NCBI RefSeq assembly: GCF_006345805.1
Contig: NC_042997.1
Span: 99,014,001 to 99,078,000, forward strand
Source of the DNA: Octopus sinensis
Lineage: Eukaryota
DNA: 64,000 nucleotides
Direction: 5' to 3'
The position numbers and the translations under genes were made by a program. Shown here piece after piece: positions 36,842-48,330 of this stretch. A model generated the notes under the pieces. That model worked only from the letters and a program-made list of their open reading frames with translations. It made no database searches and was not told the DNA's origin. Position 1 is the stretch's first letter. Every line of letters begins with the position of its first letter.

Positions 36842-37409
36842 GAGAAAAGGGAGAAAACCAATTCAATTGTAGTTCTCCCTAGACGATTACTAGTTCACTT
36901 TTTTACCTACCGACCCTGTAGCCCCTGGTAAATTATATGCTCTTAAAATACTGGGATTATAGACTATTTCTCTAAGCCATGTTTTCTTTACTTTACCTTC
37001 TCCCTTTTATTTATATTGTAAGCTCTTGTTTTTTACTCTGTTCCCTTAATTCGAATGCCCTATGAAGATGAAGAATTTTATTCTCGTATTTATGTATAGA
37101 CTGTATTTTGACAATCCGATCAGTAACGGCCTTAAGATACGTTACGTCACCTATTTTGCAATGTCATACTTTGTATTAAAAAAATAAGCTATAAATGTGG
37201 TACAACCGTTTTGTTGGTTAATCTGTGGTTATCTCCATTTTCTAATTATTTGCATTAGTTCTTGATAAACTCTTGTTTATCCTGTTGATATCTGCACTCT
37301 GGTGTGCCTGCAAACCAATGCTCGGGGATAATGCAGGTAACGGATACTGATAGTATATAAAATAGTATATTTAATCCCTTAGTCGGTTACTATAACCCTT
37401 AATTCTGTG

Positions 37410-37483
<74 letters not shown>

Positions 37484-37799
37484 ACATATACAAATATATT
37501 GATTCATGTATATGTGTGTGTGCGTGCGCGCCGGCGCAAGTGTTGTGTGTGTGTGCATACCTATGTGTGAGTGCGTATGTGTAAATGAGCACCCCGTCTG
37601 TTTCGATCAACTGCACAACAGAGTCATTGAATTAGTGAATCAACGGGAGAAATGGTTGAGTATTCCACAGATACATCTATCCGTAATATAAGCTTCAAGT
37701 AGAATCAGTGTGATAGAGCATGACATGTCTGGACCTTTAAATTATACGTTCATTCCATCTAATGAGTCTCAACATAGATTCCATGTATACAGCTTGAGT

Positions 37800-39600
37800 C
37801 ATTAAATTAAAGAAACTTCACTTAAGTACCACGCGCAATGTGATGAGCATGAGGCCACATATGTCTGAAGCGCGTTTCTTAACCATTCAGTCAATTAACT
37901 GATTGTTTGAACGATCTTGCCATAGATGTTGACAAAATCATATTTAGAGATGTTCGGAAAGCTTTGAAGTTATTGAAAGCTAATGAGGTGGGGATAGAAA
38001 GTTTCATGTCAAACTGGTGTGGAACTATTTCGTCCTGGTACCCACTAAGTTGCACTTATTTGTGATAATATCAAATATGACGTGGGAGACAATTTACAAA
38101 ACATACCACTACTTCATAATTACTTGAAACAGATCATGCACTGATGCCAATTTGCGTAGCAACGGGTAGTTGAAAGCAGCATCAAATACAAATTAACTGT
38201 AACCCCTAACTTTGCCAGCCCTCCAAAGGCGTTTTGCTGTATAAACAGAAGTTCTAACTATTGTACATGTCATAATGAAGGAATGGCAGTTTATTTTACA
38301 GTAAAATGGATAATATTAGACAAGGCTATAAAATCTGTATTACTTGAGTGTCATTTGATAATTTTTTCAATGCGGCATCGAGAAGGACACGACTAAAATG
38401 GTACCATGACAAAATGTTATGGTATTTAGACATTTCTAATGACATTGCGCTCATATAAAGGAAATTAATGCAAAATGTGTAAAACCACTGGTGCCCAATG
38501 AACCTTATTTGGTCTGCTTCAACAGTACATAAAATGTAACGGAAGGAACTGGTCGGTGGGTCCAAATTAAACGTAGAAAGCATGGATAGCATTCTCTAGA
38601 TTTTTTATTTCCAAAGTAAAGACGTCACAATATACGCTAAATTTGCAATTAATTTTTCAATGTCAGTGATATTGAAAGAGATCAGCTGTACAAAAGCGAA
38701 GAGAAAACCTGAATGTATTGCATCTAAGTTATCAGGACATTATCCTGCGTGTGATAAATGAGGAACGAATCATCCTTACGGAAATATAATGCAGAACAGG
38801 AAATACGGACCTAATGGTAATGCTACAAAGATGAAGGTTAAGATTAATGGGTCATGTATTGAAAACGAATTCTGAAAAATATCGATAGAAGCAATAGAGT
38901 GGAAATGAGAAACAGAAAGGCCTCAGCTGGCATGGCAGTGTTGTATAAAATCTTATAAAAAGAGTGAAAAATACTTGTCATAGGGTTGAAGAGTTGATGG
39001 ACTAAAGTATGGCAAAGAATGACTGGATTGCATTTTACCTTGTTTGACTGCAAAATGGTACAAATCAAAAACATGTGGAATGAACTTTTACATTGGCTTA
39101 ATTGTTTTAATTATTGTAAGGCGATGATTTTCACATATCACAGAACTGTTTAAGCAGTTCACAATACTGCTGTACCAGTATGCTTTATGGAGATTTGGTA
39201 ATGGCCAGGTATTATTGCAAGAGAAAGAAATGTCGGAACATATCCATAATCATGGGCCTGTAGAAACTCTTAGAAAATATTGCTCAATTGATTTTCATTC
39301 GTCCTCAGAGCATCCATTTCAATTAATGCTCTATAACGAACAACCGTTTGTGTTTCACATGCTTGTCGGATTGACTGGCAATCCAGATGCCAGAAATTCA
39401 ATCTTATCCCGTTTGTCACATAACTACAGTAGTATTAAAGACACGAGCTTTGTGAAAGAAATGCTGAAAAAAACCGAGTTCAACTACCCATCCCCTAGAT
39501 GCAGGTTTAGCAATTCGGATTATGGTAATTTTAATAATGTTTTCACAATAAGCAGGTTACTGAAAACATCATACAGAATGATGTCATGAATCTAAAAAGT
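37800..39600 (-). mobile_element. Very old non-LTR RT-like remnant (uncertain)
   Basis: Only faint motifs (e.g. FNLDPPTSSFRYIL near where RT domain 7 would lie); heavily broken. Confidence 0.25.
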
Positions 39601-39690
39601 ATTAAAGTCATTTCAAAACTTTAAATAACAATATATGAAGCGAGTTTCTTATAGGCATAAACAGCGCAATCCGTGTTCTTTACTGAAATA

Positions 39691-40916
39691 TTAGGTTGTT
39701 CCGAGAATAATAGCCGCTCTAAGTATTGTGTCTAGTTATCTAGTATTTTAATTGTATTTTAGGTGAATTTCGACATACTTAATAACTGACGTATGCTCTT
39801 TAATATTATTCTACTTATTTCAAACAGAAGACATTCTTGAAGCATAGGCATAAGCGCCCATAATTATGAGCGTGACAAAAAAAAGTACCTTCGTTTACTT
39901 TTCTTGCATGAGTTCAAGCTTGGTCACAATGCCTCCCAAACTGCTTCCTATATCAATAGAGCGTGGGGTGATGGGTCCACAAGTGATCACACAGTACGAA
40001 GGAGATTTCAGAAATCCCGTAGTGGTGATGAAAGCCTTGAAGATGAAGAAGGTAGAGGACTGTCATGCAGTCTTGACAATGAACAAGTGAAAGCAATTAT
40101 TGAATAAAACAGACGTCAAAGTGTCAGAGAAATGCCTCAGTCACTTGGTGTCGGTATTGCAACGGTTTCACGCAATCTACAGAAGATTGGTAACGTGAAA
40201 AAACTCGATAAATAGGTAGCGCATGAGCTCAATGAAAATGAAACAGTCCTGCGTTTTGAAGTGTCCTCCATGCTCTTTCTGCGAGACACCAATGATCCTT
40301 TTCTTGGCCGAATAGTCACTTGTGACGAAAAGTGGATTCTTTATGATAACCGTAAATGATCAGGACAAAGGCTTGATCCTGATGAGTTCCCAAACATTTC
40401 CAAGGCCAGAGTTGCCTCAGCAAAAGATTATGGTGACTGTCTGGTGGTCTGCAATTGGTGTTGTGCATTACAGCTTTCTGGAAGCTGATCAGAGCATTAC
40501 AGCACAGGTTTACTGCAATCAACTCGCTGAAATGCATGTTCACTTGCAAAAAATGAGACCTGCATTGGTGAATCGGCGTTGCAAGAATGACGCTGCAGAA
40601 ATTTACAGGCTTGAGATTCGAGACTTTACCACGTTCTCCATATTCTCCTGATCTTTTACCTACTGACTACCATTTTCTTAGGCATTTAAATACATTTTTA
40701 AGTGAGAAAACTTTCCGGTCCAAACCAGAGGTGGAATCGGCTTTCAAAGATTTCTTAGCATCAAAGCAAATAAGTTTTTATCAACGATGCATAAATAATC
40801 TCGTTGATCGTTGGCAGATATGCATAGATGTTCACGGCTCATACATTTCCATTGTTAATCTTTTTCAGAACAAAATTATGTTTCTGAACTCGGCCATTAT
40901 TTTCGGAACAACCTAA
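39691..40916 (+). mobile_element. Mariner element (Hsmar1/cecropia-like termini), full length, defective
   Basis: TA-TTAGGTTGTTCCGAGAATAATAGCCG ... GGCCATTATTTTCGGAACAACCTAA-TA; motifs VAHEL, TCDEKWILYDN, QKIMVTVWWS, YSPDLLPTDYHFL; several stops and frameshifts; 1226 bp. Confidence 0.92.
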
Positions 40917-41940
40917 TATCTTGCCTATGGACTTAATCTTTTACTAGCAACGCGCTTTTCAGCGAATTGCATGGTATCATATAGATATACTGAGCTGCAA
41001 ATGGATGTGCATAACCCTCAAGTATTATACAAACCTACTAGTTTTATTTTAGATTTAAATATATCTAGAAGTAATGTCTGCCATTCCATTTGTTACATAT
41101 ATCATGTTTTGTTGATCTAAATTAGATTTGATTTCGTTGTGTTCAGTTTCTATAAGTATATTCAGTTAGTTTTGATAGTTGAAACCCCATTTTCATATCC
41201 TTTCCTACATATAATCTAAGAGAATTAATAAACGATATTGCAAGGAAGGTGTTAATACAGAGATGCAGGATTTACTAACATCATATAGAAATAATGGTTA
41301 AAAGGATGTTTTTTTCTTTCACCTATGTCATAGTCACATCCATTATTTTCTATCATACATTATTCTCTCCTGCTGTCCCTGACAATATACAGCTGTATTT
41401 TCTTAAAAACCACTGCATCAATGGTTAGCAACCGTTTCCAATTTCTCTATTCTGTAGTTCCAACATGATTCTTTACCACACATCCGTTATCTCTTATAAA
41501 TTTTGTCAATTATTTTACTGTATAATTTTGCATGACGTCTTTTTGTGATTCGTCCTTTCACTGCATAAAAGATGACACAAAATACGCAGCTTACTTCTAA
41601 TTTTGCATCTCACATTCAAAACGACTTCGATTTAATCTTATATCAACGTTATTTCAATAGATGACTGGCTGCTAAGAAGGTCAGAGAAAATCTAATATAT
41701 CATTGCTTTGCTGGTATGTAATCAAATACCGAACCGAAGCAGGACATTCAAAAATTTCAACGTCTATCTCTTTAGCTTTCTTAGTTTCTCTTACAGTTTA
41801 ATCAGTTTATGTGTATGTGTGTGTGTGCATGTATGTATAAATGTATGTACGTATATATATATATATTATATATATATATATATATATAGATTGATAGATA
41901 GATATACACATATATATACGTACTCCCATGAATGTATATA

Positions 41941-42007
<67 letters not shown>

Positions 42008-42570
42008 ACTTACAGCCGTACAACTATCACAACCACCAATATATAGAAATAGGTGCGCGTGTGTGTGTGTGTGTGTGTGCGCGCGCACGTGTGTATGCGT
42101 GTGTGAGTATACGATTCGTTATATAAGTATACGCATTAATACAAACATATATGTATTGACGGAGCTACAGAAAGCGATTGACACATATATACATATGTAA
42201 GTAGACGCACATCAGTATGTTTGTATACGCGTATTTGTGTGCGTTTATACACTTGTAAGTGTGTTCGCTTCACTGTGTATGCGATTTTTACTTTCTTGTA
42301 AATCTACAATAGATCAACCTATGTATCCAACATATTAATACACATACATTCAACATCGAGACAATCGAGTATGTTGGGGAACGAATTATGCAACAAACGA
42401 AAGAAGATATATATGATCAAAGATGTTTTAGTTCTGTGAATGAGAGACGATTGTCTTTCAACTAGTATTAGGAAACAAAATCTATCTACCTTTCTATATG
42501 TTTCTGTGGTAACCTACATCTAGCCAGGCATTTCTCTGTCTTTGTAAGTGTATTAGTCACTCTGTATCCC

Positions 42571-42660
<90 letters not shown>

Positions 42661-42706
42661 AACACACATAGACACATACATATACATATATTTATAGCAG
42701 CATATA

Positions 42707-44335
42707 CAGTTGCGGCCAAAATGTTCAGAACGGCATTGTTTTCGTCAGAAAAGTAAGTATAAGTTTTTATCAAAGTAGTTTTATATTCTATAATTTTTAC
42801 AGACAATAAATACAATATTAATTGTTATTGTCTGAGACTTTAGTGTAATTTGAGAGGATAATACAAAAGTTATGGATGATTTAGTGATTTTCTGCAAAAC
42901 CCATGGCGGCCAAAATGATCAGAACAGTTGCAAAAATAATAAAATAATCAAAAGTGACAGAGAATACTGGAATTATTTCATATTTAGTGTGAAGCCCTTT
43001 AGCTTCAATCACACTCTGACATCTTCGACTGCATGAGGAAATAAAATTTTCAATTTCTTGCTGGGTGATCTTATTCCATTCTTCCTGAAGGGCATTCCAT
43101 AATTGTTCAGTTGTTTTAAGATTTCTGGCTTTCGAACGTTCTCCTAGAATATTCCACACATTTTCAATAGGATTGACATCTGGGCATTGAGCTGGCCAAT
43201 CCATAACAATAACCTTTTCATCCTTGAGGAAGTTCATGACCACCTTAGCCTTGTGACATGGGGCATTGTCCTGCATGAATATGGGTGGTCGCTTAGTTGA
43301 ATTTCTCAGTACAGGCAAGACATGATCAGTTATAAGTTGTTTATAAACTCCTGCTTTTAACTTTCCATGTAATCGCACCAAAGGGCCCACACCATCTCCA
43401 GATATCATTCCCCAAACCATGACGCTTCCTCCACCGAATTTAACACTAGTCTTAAGGTATTTAGGCAACAATTTTTCACCTACTTTTCTACGAAAGTACC
43501 TTTTCCCATCTGAGCCAAATAGCATAAACTTAGATTCATCACTGAAATGCACCGTTTGCCATTTTTCTTGAGACCACAACATATGTTCGGTTGCAAAGGT
43601 AAGACGACACTTTTTATTCTTGGAGTTGATCAGTGGCTTCACTGCAGGTGCTCTTGCTTGTAGGTCATGTTCAACTAAACGACGAGACACAGTTTTTCGA
43701 GATAAAGTTTTCTTCAATACAATGCTCATTTTCCGAGAAACAGCAGCAGCAGTTTTAAATCTGTCCTTTTTAACCAACTTTACCATAGCACGATCTTCTC
43801 TCTTGGTCGTTTTTCTTGGCCTACCTGTAAACTTTCTTGCTTCACACGAACCACAATCATCGTAGACCTTAAGAATACCGTGTACAACACTTTTTGACTT
43901 GTTAACAATCTTTGCAATAGATCCAATACTTAAAGTATCCTTCCTTCGAAGCTTAATAATCTGCTGACGAATTGGTAACGGAGTAAGTGGCATTATATTA
44001 ACAAAGTACACTGCAAATATTCTTACTAATGTTTAGTAAACGAACCGTCACGTAAACAAATTCAAAACATTAGAGTTCGCCGGTTAAATATACTAAAACA
44101 CGTAGTAAAAGCAACCGTTCTGATAATTTGGGCCGCCATGGGCTTTGCAGTAAATCACTAAATCATCCATAAATTTTGTATTATCCTCTCAAATTACACC
44201 AAAATCTCAGGCAATAACAAATAATATCGTATTTATTGTCTGTGAAAATTATAGAATATAAAACAACTTTGATAAAAAATTATATCTACTTTTCTGACGA
44301 ACACAATGCCTTTCAGAACATTTTGGCTGCCACTG
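42707..44335 (-). mobile_element. Tc1-family DD34E transposon with ~225-bp IR/DR terminal repeats and TA flanks
   Basis: TA|CAGTTGCGGCCAAAATGTTCAGAAC ... TTCAGAACATTTTGGCTGCCACTG|TA; inner direct repeat GCGGCCAAAATGATCAGAAC at ~42907; 1629 bp. Confidence 0.95.
42881..43993 (-). CDS. Tc1 transposase, uninterrupted ORF (expected stop after HTKY lost, reads on into the TIR)
   Basis: MPLTPL start at 43993; GRPRKT linker; FSDESKF, FMQDNAPCH, NPIEN with 34 residues between the second D and E. Confidence 0.9.
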   Translation of the reverse strand: MPLTPLPIRQQIIKLRRKDTLSIGSIAKIVNKSKSVVHGILKVYDDCGSCEARKFTGRPRKTTKREDRAMVKLVKKDRFKTAAAVSRKMSIVLKKTLSRKTVSRRLVEHDLQARAPAVKPLINSKNKKCRLTFATEHMLWSQEKWQTVHFSDESKFMLFGSDGKRYFRRKVGEKLLPKYLKTSVKFGGGSVMVWGMISGDGVGPLVRLHGKLKAGVYKQLITDHVLPVLRNSTKRPPIFMQDNAPCHKAKVVMNFLKDEKVIVMDWPAQCPDVNPIENVWNILGERSKARNLKTTEQLWNALQEEWNKITQQEIENFISSCSRRCQSVIEAKGLHTKYEIIPVFSVTFDYFIIFATVLIILAAMGFAENH

Positions 44336-44493
44336 TATATATATTGGATCCTCTCGAGCACTTTATACTGAAGAGATACAACCGTACAAATTATGCAGCA
44401 CATGAGTAGCCCGCAAAAGCGTCTTGCGCATCGAATTGTTCAGTAACAAACAGCTCCGTGCCTATAGGATTCGCGGCGGTGTGTATCTATAAG

Positions 44494-44641
44494 CTTTACC
44501 CATGGTCATTTATGCCAGAGAGAGGCCTTATAAATACACACGTACACGCACACACACACACATATATATATATATATACACACACACATATCTGTGTGTG
44601 TGTATTTATAAGGCATCTCTCATAAATGACTCTGGGTAAAG
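44494..44641. repeat. Inverted repeat (~45-50-bp arms) around a (CA)/(TA) loop
   Basis: CTTTACCCATGGTCATTTATG..AGAGAGGCCTTATAAATACACAC versus GTGTGTATTTATAAGGCATCTCTCATAAATGACTCTGGGTAAAG. Confidence 0.8.
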
Positions 44642-45579
44642 TTCCTAGATTCTCCCCGCCCCGAATTCTACAACCGAGCTAGTTTCAATTCAATAATTTT
44701 TAGTTTTTATGGTTTTTAGGTTTTAGTTTTCTTAATTTGTAATTTTAAGTTTATGCTTTTAGTTTTGATTTTTAATTTAACTTTAATTCTTAGTGTTTTA
44801 GCTTGTATCATTTAATTGCTATTAAGCTTCAAATATTATTTTTAATATGTACTAACCACTAAACTATTGTTTTTTGTGACCTTACCTAGATTGGCCCTCT
44901 AACCCCACTTTACTGAAACTTTAACGTGTGACCTCTCACCTCGATGAAATACTGACATATCTCTGTCATTACGTTTACTTTTATTTTATTTTTATTTTCA
45001 TTTTTATTTTTACCCTTTTACCCCATCTCATTTTCAATCCTTTCTCCTCTTTCTCTCATATATACCCACGCACAAAACCCATTTATGTCTATCTTACTTT
45101 CACGCTCTATATACATTTACATGTTATCTATCGCTTCAATATGAATACGTCATTCATAATACTGCCAAAATAACGCCTGGATTACCTGGGATTTTAACAA
45201 AGGACTTGTACCGTCATGGAAGTACCGACTAACATCCATATCCTGTGGAAAAAGATGAGTTGTGAACACTATTCTCCTGCCTGTATTCTTCTAACTACCT
45301 TTATCCTTTATTCTTCTGTCTTATTCCATATAAACCCTGATGTGCAAAAATCTCATCGATACAGATAATGAAATTTGTTCTTTAATAAAATATCAAAATT
45401 TTTTGTTTTGTTTTGGTTTTTTGGGGTTTTTTTTTTACTTCAATATTTTAAACTATGATTTATTTACACGTATAATCATCATTATTATCATTAAGAAATA
45501 ATGAAAGAGATGTCAGGTTAATGTAAACTTTCCTACTAAGACAAATAAAGTTAAAAACAACTACAAAAAATTCAGTGTA

Positions 45580-48330
45580 AAGTGGGAAAGTAATATTTCA
45601 TGCATATGTGTTTCATCTCCTCTCCCACTTGGAAATGGTACGATGCGGCCCCCATTTGACGAAAAGTTGCCCTCGTTCTAACGCATTTCAAAATCCGAAT
45701 CTCCTCTTCTTTGAAGGTCTCTTGTCTGCAGCTGTATTTCAAATTCTTACCAGGCGTACAACTTCAAGTCGTCCATGACAAACGATGGTCGATTGTTGTA
45801 CCAAGTTATTGTGCTCAAATCCAGTCCTGTTTCAAAAGTCGGTTAAAGTGTTAGCGTCTCAAGTAGAGGAGGTGTGTAGTAGAATCTCGATGAAGTAGGC
45901 CTTTTCAAATAGAGGACGGAGTAGATTTACAATTCCTTCTCTTCTTTCAGTATATGTAGAATTGCTTACCATTCACTAATGACACGTTTAATGTATCAGC
46001 ATATGATTGGTCCGGCATGACACATGGCTAATATTTTGAGGACGCATATGTGGGGAATACTACTGTCTTCGGTAGTCAGTCTATAGCATTCAAAATTATC
46101 GTTCTATCGTTCTCCAGTTAGAAATTTTACTTATTGCCTTCTTGATAAGTTATTGGTCACCACAACCACATGGACCTTTTCATAATCTTTGCTCTTCCGA
46201 AAAATAATGTTTTATCCAGATGTTTATTGCAGTATTATTGCAATGAAAGCTTCACAACTTGTGTAAAAGTATGTTATAGATTGTAGTTTTCATGTTTAAT
46301 AGTCTTAGGTATTAGAATGAGTCACCTCAGCAGCACATTCGCGTCTTGTTCCTCTTTGTCAAAATTTTATTAAATTGATGTGCAATCACCTTATATGTTC
46401 CTGGTAAATAATTATACTTGGGAAGAGGTAGGTGTCCGTGGGTAAAAGGTAGGTGCTTCATCTGAGATGCCAAGTTTTTTGACTATTTTGCTCCCTCCCA
46501 CATCCTTGATGGTGCGGTAAATGTGAGTCAATTTCCGCAGCTGAACAGGACGAAACCCTGAAGTATCGAAACCTAGCAGTGAACTATTTCTCCCAGCCTG
46601 TGATGCTTGAGACGTTTAAAGGGGCCGAGCCATCAACAACGAGGTTCTTCTCATCGTTGGCGGTTTGCCTTACCGAGGCATCAGGTGAGCCCGTGAGAGG
46701 GATTGGGGATTTTCTAACACCTTAGCCTCGTGGTGATGCCGTGAGCGTGTTGGCTTGCTTCAATAAGTTCCGTTGAACCTTGTGGTGTGCGACCAATTCA
46801 GGTAATTGGTGCTGCATTGATGCTTTTCTTCTCAATTTCTTTTTCGTTTGCTTTTTTAAATACATTCTTTTTCACTGAATTATTGGGAATTGTAACTATA
46901 ATATTATATTATATTATATCAACGTTGTCAATAAAAAAAAATATACCTAGTATTGTACAATCCGTTTGCAATCTAACCTTCTGATGCCGTCTCACTGGTA
47001 TTTTTTCAGCAGTATCTTGTTTGTATTATTATGGTCTCCCACGAACAGTCTATTCTCTATTCAGTGTTATGAACATTCTAGACTGCAGTGATTTATTTCT
47101 TACCCATTCATTTTATTTTTTATTTTTTGTTCAACCCCAACACACACACACCTTTTTTTTTTACAAATCTCGGTGTTAGTACAGCAATAATTCCTATTTT
47201 GTTGTTAACTATTCCTTGATAATAACATATTCCGGTGGAGTCAAACAGCTTGTTTACTTCAAAGAATCCTAGAATCATTGTTGCTTTTCATACAGACGAA
47301 TTCTTTGTGATTCAGCGAGAATCGCTTATTTCACGCATTCTTGTAATTTTTGTTCTTTTTTCTTTAGTCTTTTCTATATTTTCAGGTTTGTCTTTTCTTT
47401 ATTAACTTCATTACGGATTTAGTTGTCTTTTCTTTTATTTTCCATACTTTTCTGAATTACTTTTCGTTTTGTCTGCTTGCGTTTCGATAATCCTATATAA
47501 GAAGATTTGAGAGAGAGGAGTTCCCATTTTCCTTTGTAAATAGAGTAGCTGCTTCATATATATTATTTCTCTTATGTCAGAGACAGACAAGTATTTTTTC
47601 TATTATTTCATTATCTATATTATTATTTTATTTTTTTATTTTTGCAAATTTGCTGTTAGGTTAGAAGTTTAGGAGGTATTTTCGCAGGTATAAAAGATCT
47701 ATACTTTAAATTTTTTAATCATTTCCAGTTTTACATCAACATTTCCCTTTTAGAAGTTTCTATTCCTAAGTCTTCTGTATATTGACGCATTCATGTTCTT
47801 GACTAGGCTGAGGTTTTTATTTATCCGTATACGTAAAGTGTTTTAAAATATTTTTCTCATTTCTTCGTGCTTTTTTCTCGCGAGAAAAAAGCACGAAGAA
47901 ATGAGATTTATCTATGTAATTTACATGCTCACAATGCTTTCTTTTTCTTGTTTTCCATTTCTTATGTTGTCCTGTTATATATTATTTTCTTGTGTTCTAC
48001 TTAAGGATTTTATTTTTAATTTGGTAATGTATCGGTTTAGGTTACATATTCTGTTGGATTCCAACGTTGCGTTTAGATCCGGGTATTTTCACGTGAATAT
48101 TGTCATTGTACTTGATCATGTATCGCTCTACATAAATTCTACATGTAAATTAGAAACATAATCCTCTCTTGTCCATTTACAGATATTCTCTCTCATTTTT
48201 TCAGCTAGGGCAATACTGCCGCACGCTTGTTTCCATTTCCGTCGGATACTGATATTTGTTTTGGTTGATGTCAAGTTTTGCGCACTCAATTTTTCTTTCT
48301 TTTTCTACACCATATTCAAGCATGTCAAAC
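45580..48330 (-). mobile_element. Old R4/Dong-like LINE, N-terminus through RT, heavily decayed
   Basis: Minus-strand fragments in correct order: KWTREDY...YPDL, LPGTYKVI, DYEKVH, GLLHRDS..LLYL (QGD motif homolog), FVMDDLKLYA. Confidence 0.7.
47855..47906. repeat. Perfect 52-bp spacerless palindrome
   Basis: TCTCATTTCTTCGTGCTTTTTTCTCG|CGAGAAAAAAGCACGAAGAAATGAGA. Confidence 0.95.

Noticed and set aside
39215-39589. 124-aa plus-strand ORF
   Set aside because: TTG start, no recognisable domain, and probably antisense to an old retroelement remnant.
43620-43865. Plus-strand ORFs inside transposons (also 32591-32800, 33322-33531, 8865-9332)
   Set aside because: Antisense shadows of transposase, GIY-YIG or REL coding frames.
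44367-44445. CTGAAGA...ATC GAATTGTTC hammerhead-like string
   Set aside because: Stem I and stem III cannot be paired convincingly and GAAA is incomplete.
45337-45385. CTGATGTG...GAAATTTGTTC before AATAAA
   Set aside because: Core A9 is missing and the stems are unsupported; at most a very decayed PLE ribozyme.
46548-46580. GGACGAAAC...CTGAAG..GAAAC resembling a textbook hammerhead
   Set aside because: Wrong motif order and it lies within the decayed R4 RT coding sequence.
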